Positions 62,891 through 64,000 of a DNA stretch of 64,000 bases are shown piece by piece; the first letter of the stretch is position 1; each line of letters begins with the position of its first letter. The stretch covers positions 32,550,001 to 32,614,000 of the forward strand of contig NC_073390.1 in NCBI RefSeq assembly GCF_028641065.1, written 5' to 3'. The notes beneath the pieces are model-generated. The model ran no database searches. It was not told the origin of the DNA and saw only the letters and a list, made by a program, of their open reading frames with translations. The translations under genes were made by a program, and so were the position numbers. This stretch comes from Leucoraja erinacea. Taxonomy: Eukaryota.

Positions 62891-63946
62891 AGATATGTTT
62901 CTCTCAGTACCAGAACCACCTACCTCAGGGTTTCCTGGTGTCACGTTTTGTACCTTGCCCCTTGTGGAAATACCATGTCCTCCACGTCCTGATGTCGCAC
63001 GCCAATATTGTGTATGCGGGTACGAGCGATTTGGTCCTTCACCAGTTTCCTTTCGATATGGATATTGCCTTCTAGCTGTGCTGCCAAACATCGGTGGTTT
63101 CATCATCCCGATAGTTTTTGATTCTTCGTTGAGAACCTTCAGCTTTTTGGCTAGCTCTTCTCCAAAGAGTAAGTATGGCAATTGTATATTAGATGGTTTA
63201 CAGAGCCCTGCAAACTTAGGATGTATGTTAGGTCTTATCGCAGTTTTACGAATACAGTTTCTTTCAAAATGTGCATTACACATCATTCCCATCACATCCT
63301 GCTGTGACGTTGTCACATTTCCTTCTTCCAGGTCTCTGGCAAATGCCGTAATGCTTGACCCAATTAATCTTAGTGCCCGCTGTAACCTCATTTCTTGAGC
63401 TCGTACTGTAGTGCCCATATAACTCCACACTTCACTGTTAACAGATGGAACTGCTAGCAGAGCACAATTTTGCAGGACTTCAAATTTGTTCACAATATCA
63501 TCCATCGTTGGTTCTTCCAAATGATGGGAAAGCAGGTAATTTATACTTTCTGCTATATCCTCTGGTAGAGGTTGCCCCTTGTGTCTGGGACTACAGAACG
63601 TTTGGGCCAGCCCTGGTACTTTTCTTTTTTGTGTTGAGCTCTGGTCCTCAATAGATTCATTGTCAGAGTATTCTGGATATTCCTCCTCATAATGGGTTTC
63701 ACCTGGCATTTCTTCATCAGGTATTTAATGCGATGCCTCTCTTATCGGCCTCCGCTTTTTTGCCCCTCTTTGGGGTATATCAAGCTCTTCCATTGAGCTG
63801 TATACGGGCAGCCCACATTTGGGTGCTGCTCCATATTCTGGGTCTCCTGTAGACCAGCGTCTGTATTGTCTTTCAGACATTTCTGTTGTTGCCTCCGTGC
63901 TAGGCCAGCCAACATATTCATCTTCATCATCAGGCATTTCGGTCAC
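62891..63946 (-). pseudogene. DIRS gag-like ORF1 (disrupted)
   Basis: ORFs upstream of pol (P.VNSEVW, RK..IRP...FAGLC, LLFGEEL); an in-frame stop at about 63725 splits it. Confidence 0.7.
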
Positions 63947-64000
63947 TGGCTCAAATCTGGGCCAGTGTTTCCCAGAACCTCTCCTGGGTGTTCCATGCGG

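Larger units (their letters stand above)
59549..64000 (-). mobile_element. DIRS1-like tyrosine-recombinase retrotransposon (5' end beyond the window), decayed
   Basis: Order gag-like, RT, RNase H, MT, YR on the minus strand; ICR and inverted right terminal repeat at 59549-59881. Confidence 0.93.

Noticed and set aside
62624-63709. Apparent in-frame gag-pol fusion and a 167-aa antisense ORF (62895-63398)
   Set aside because: The copy has several other frameshifts and stops, so the fusion is most simply decay; the antisense ORF is a shadow frame.

Overview
Vertebrate genomic DNA. The repeat content (CR1 and Rex1 LINEs, HE1-type V-SINEs, Penelope pLTRs) suggests a cartilaginous fish, probably a skate or ray; this is an inference. 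Genes: the last coding exon of WDR53 (+, 2561-3181); a complete 10-exon PARL mitochondrial rhomboid protease gene (-, 18593-43677, 370 aa, all splice sites GT-AG and in phase); and two convergent, intronless GPR148-like orphan GPCR paralogs (+ 47575-48597, - 55074-56129). The window ends in a decayed DIRS1-like tyrosine-recombinase retrotransposon (-, 59549 to beyond 64000) whose ICR and right terminal repeat are intact. Most of the rest is transposon-derived, and there are two N gaps. Points worth a second look: (1) the GPR148-like pair shares an exactly spaced upstream motif module, and the + copy has a 2-nt frameshift that turns its ancestral start into an overlapping uORF; (2) young TSD-flanked Penelope-derived hairpin elements carry hammerhead-ribozyme core motifs; (3) an unclassified 2.9-kb element has 92-bp TIRs; (4) PARL has an in-frame uORF that resembles a presequence; (5) there are non-autonomous Helitrons and a Harbinger MITE family. 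All calls come from reading the sequence by eye; no database searches were run.
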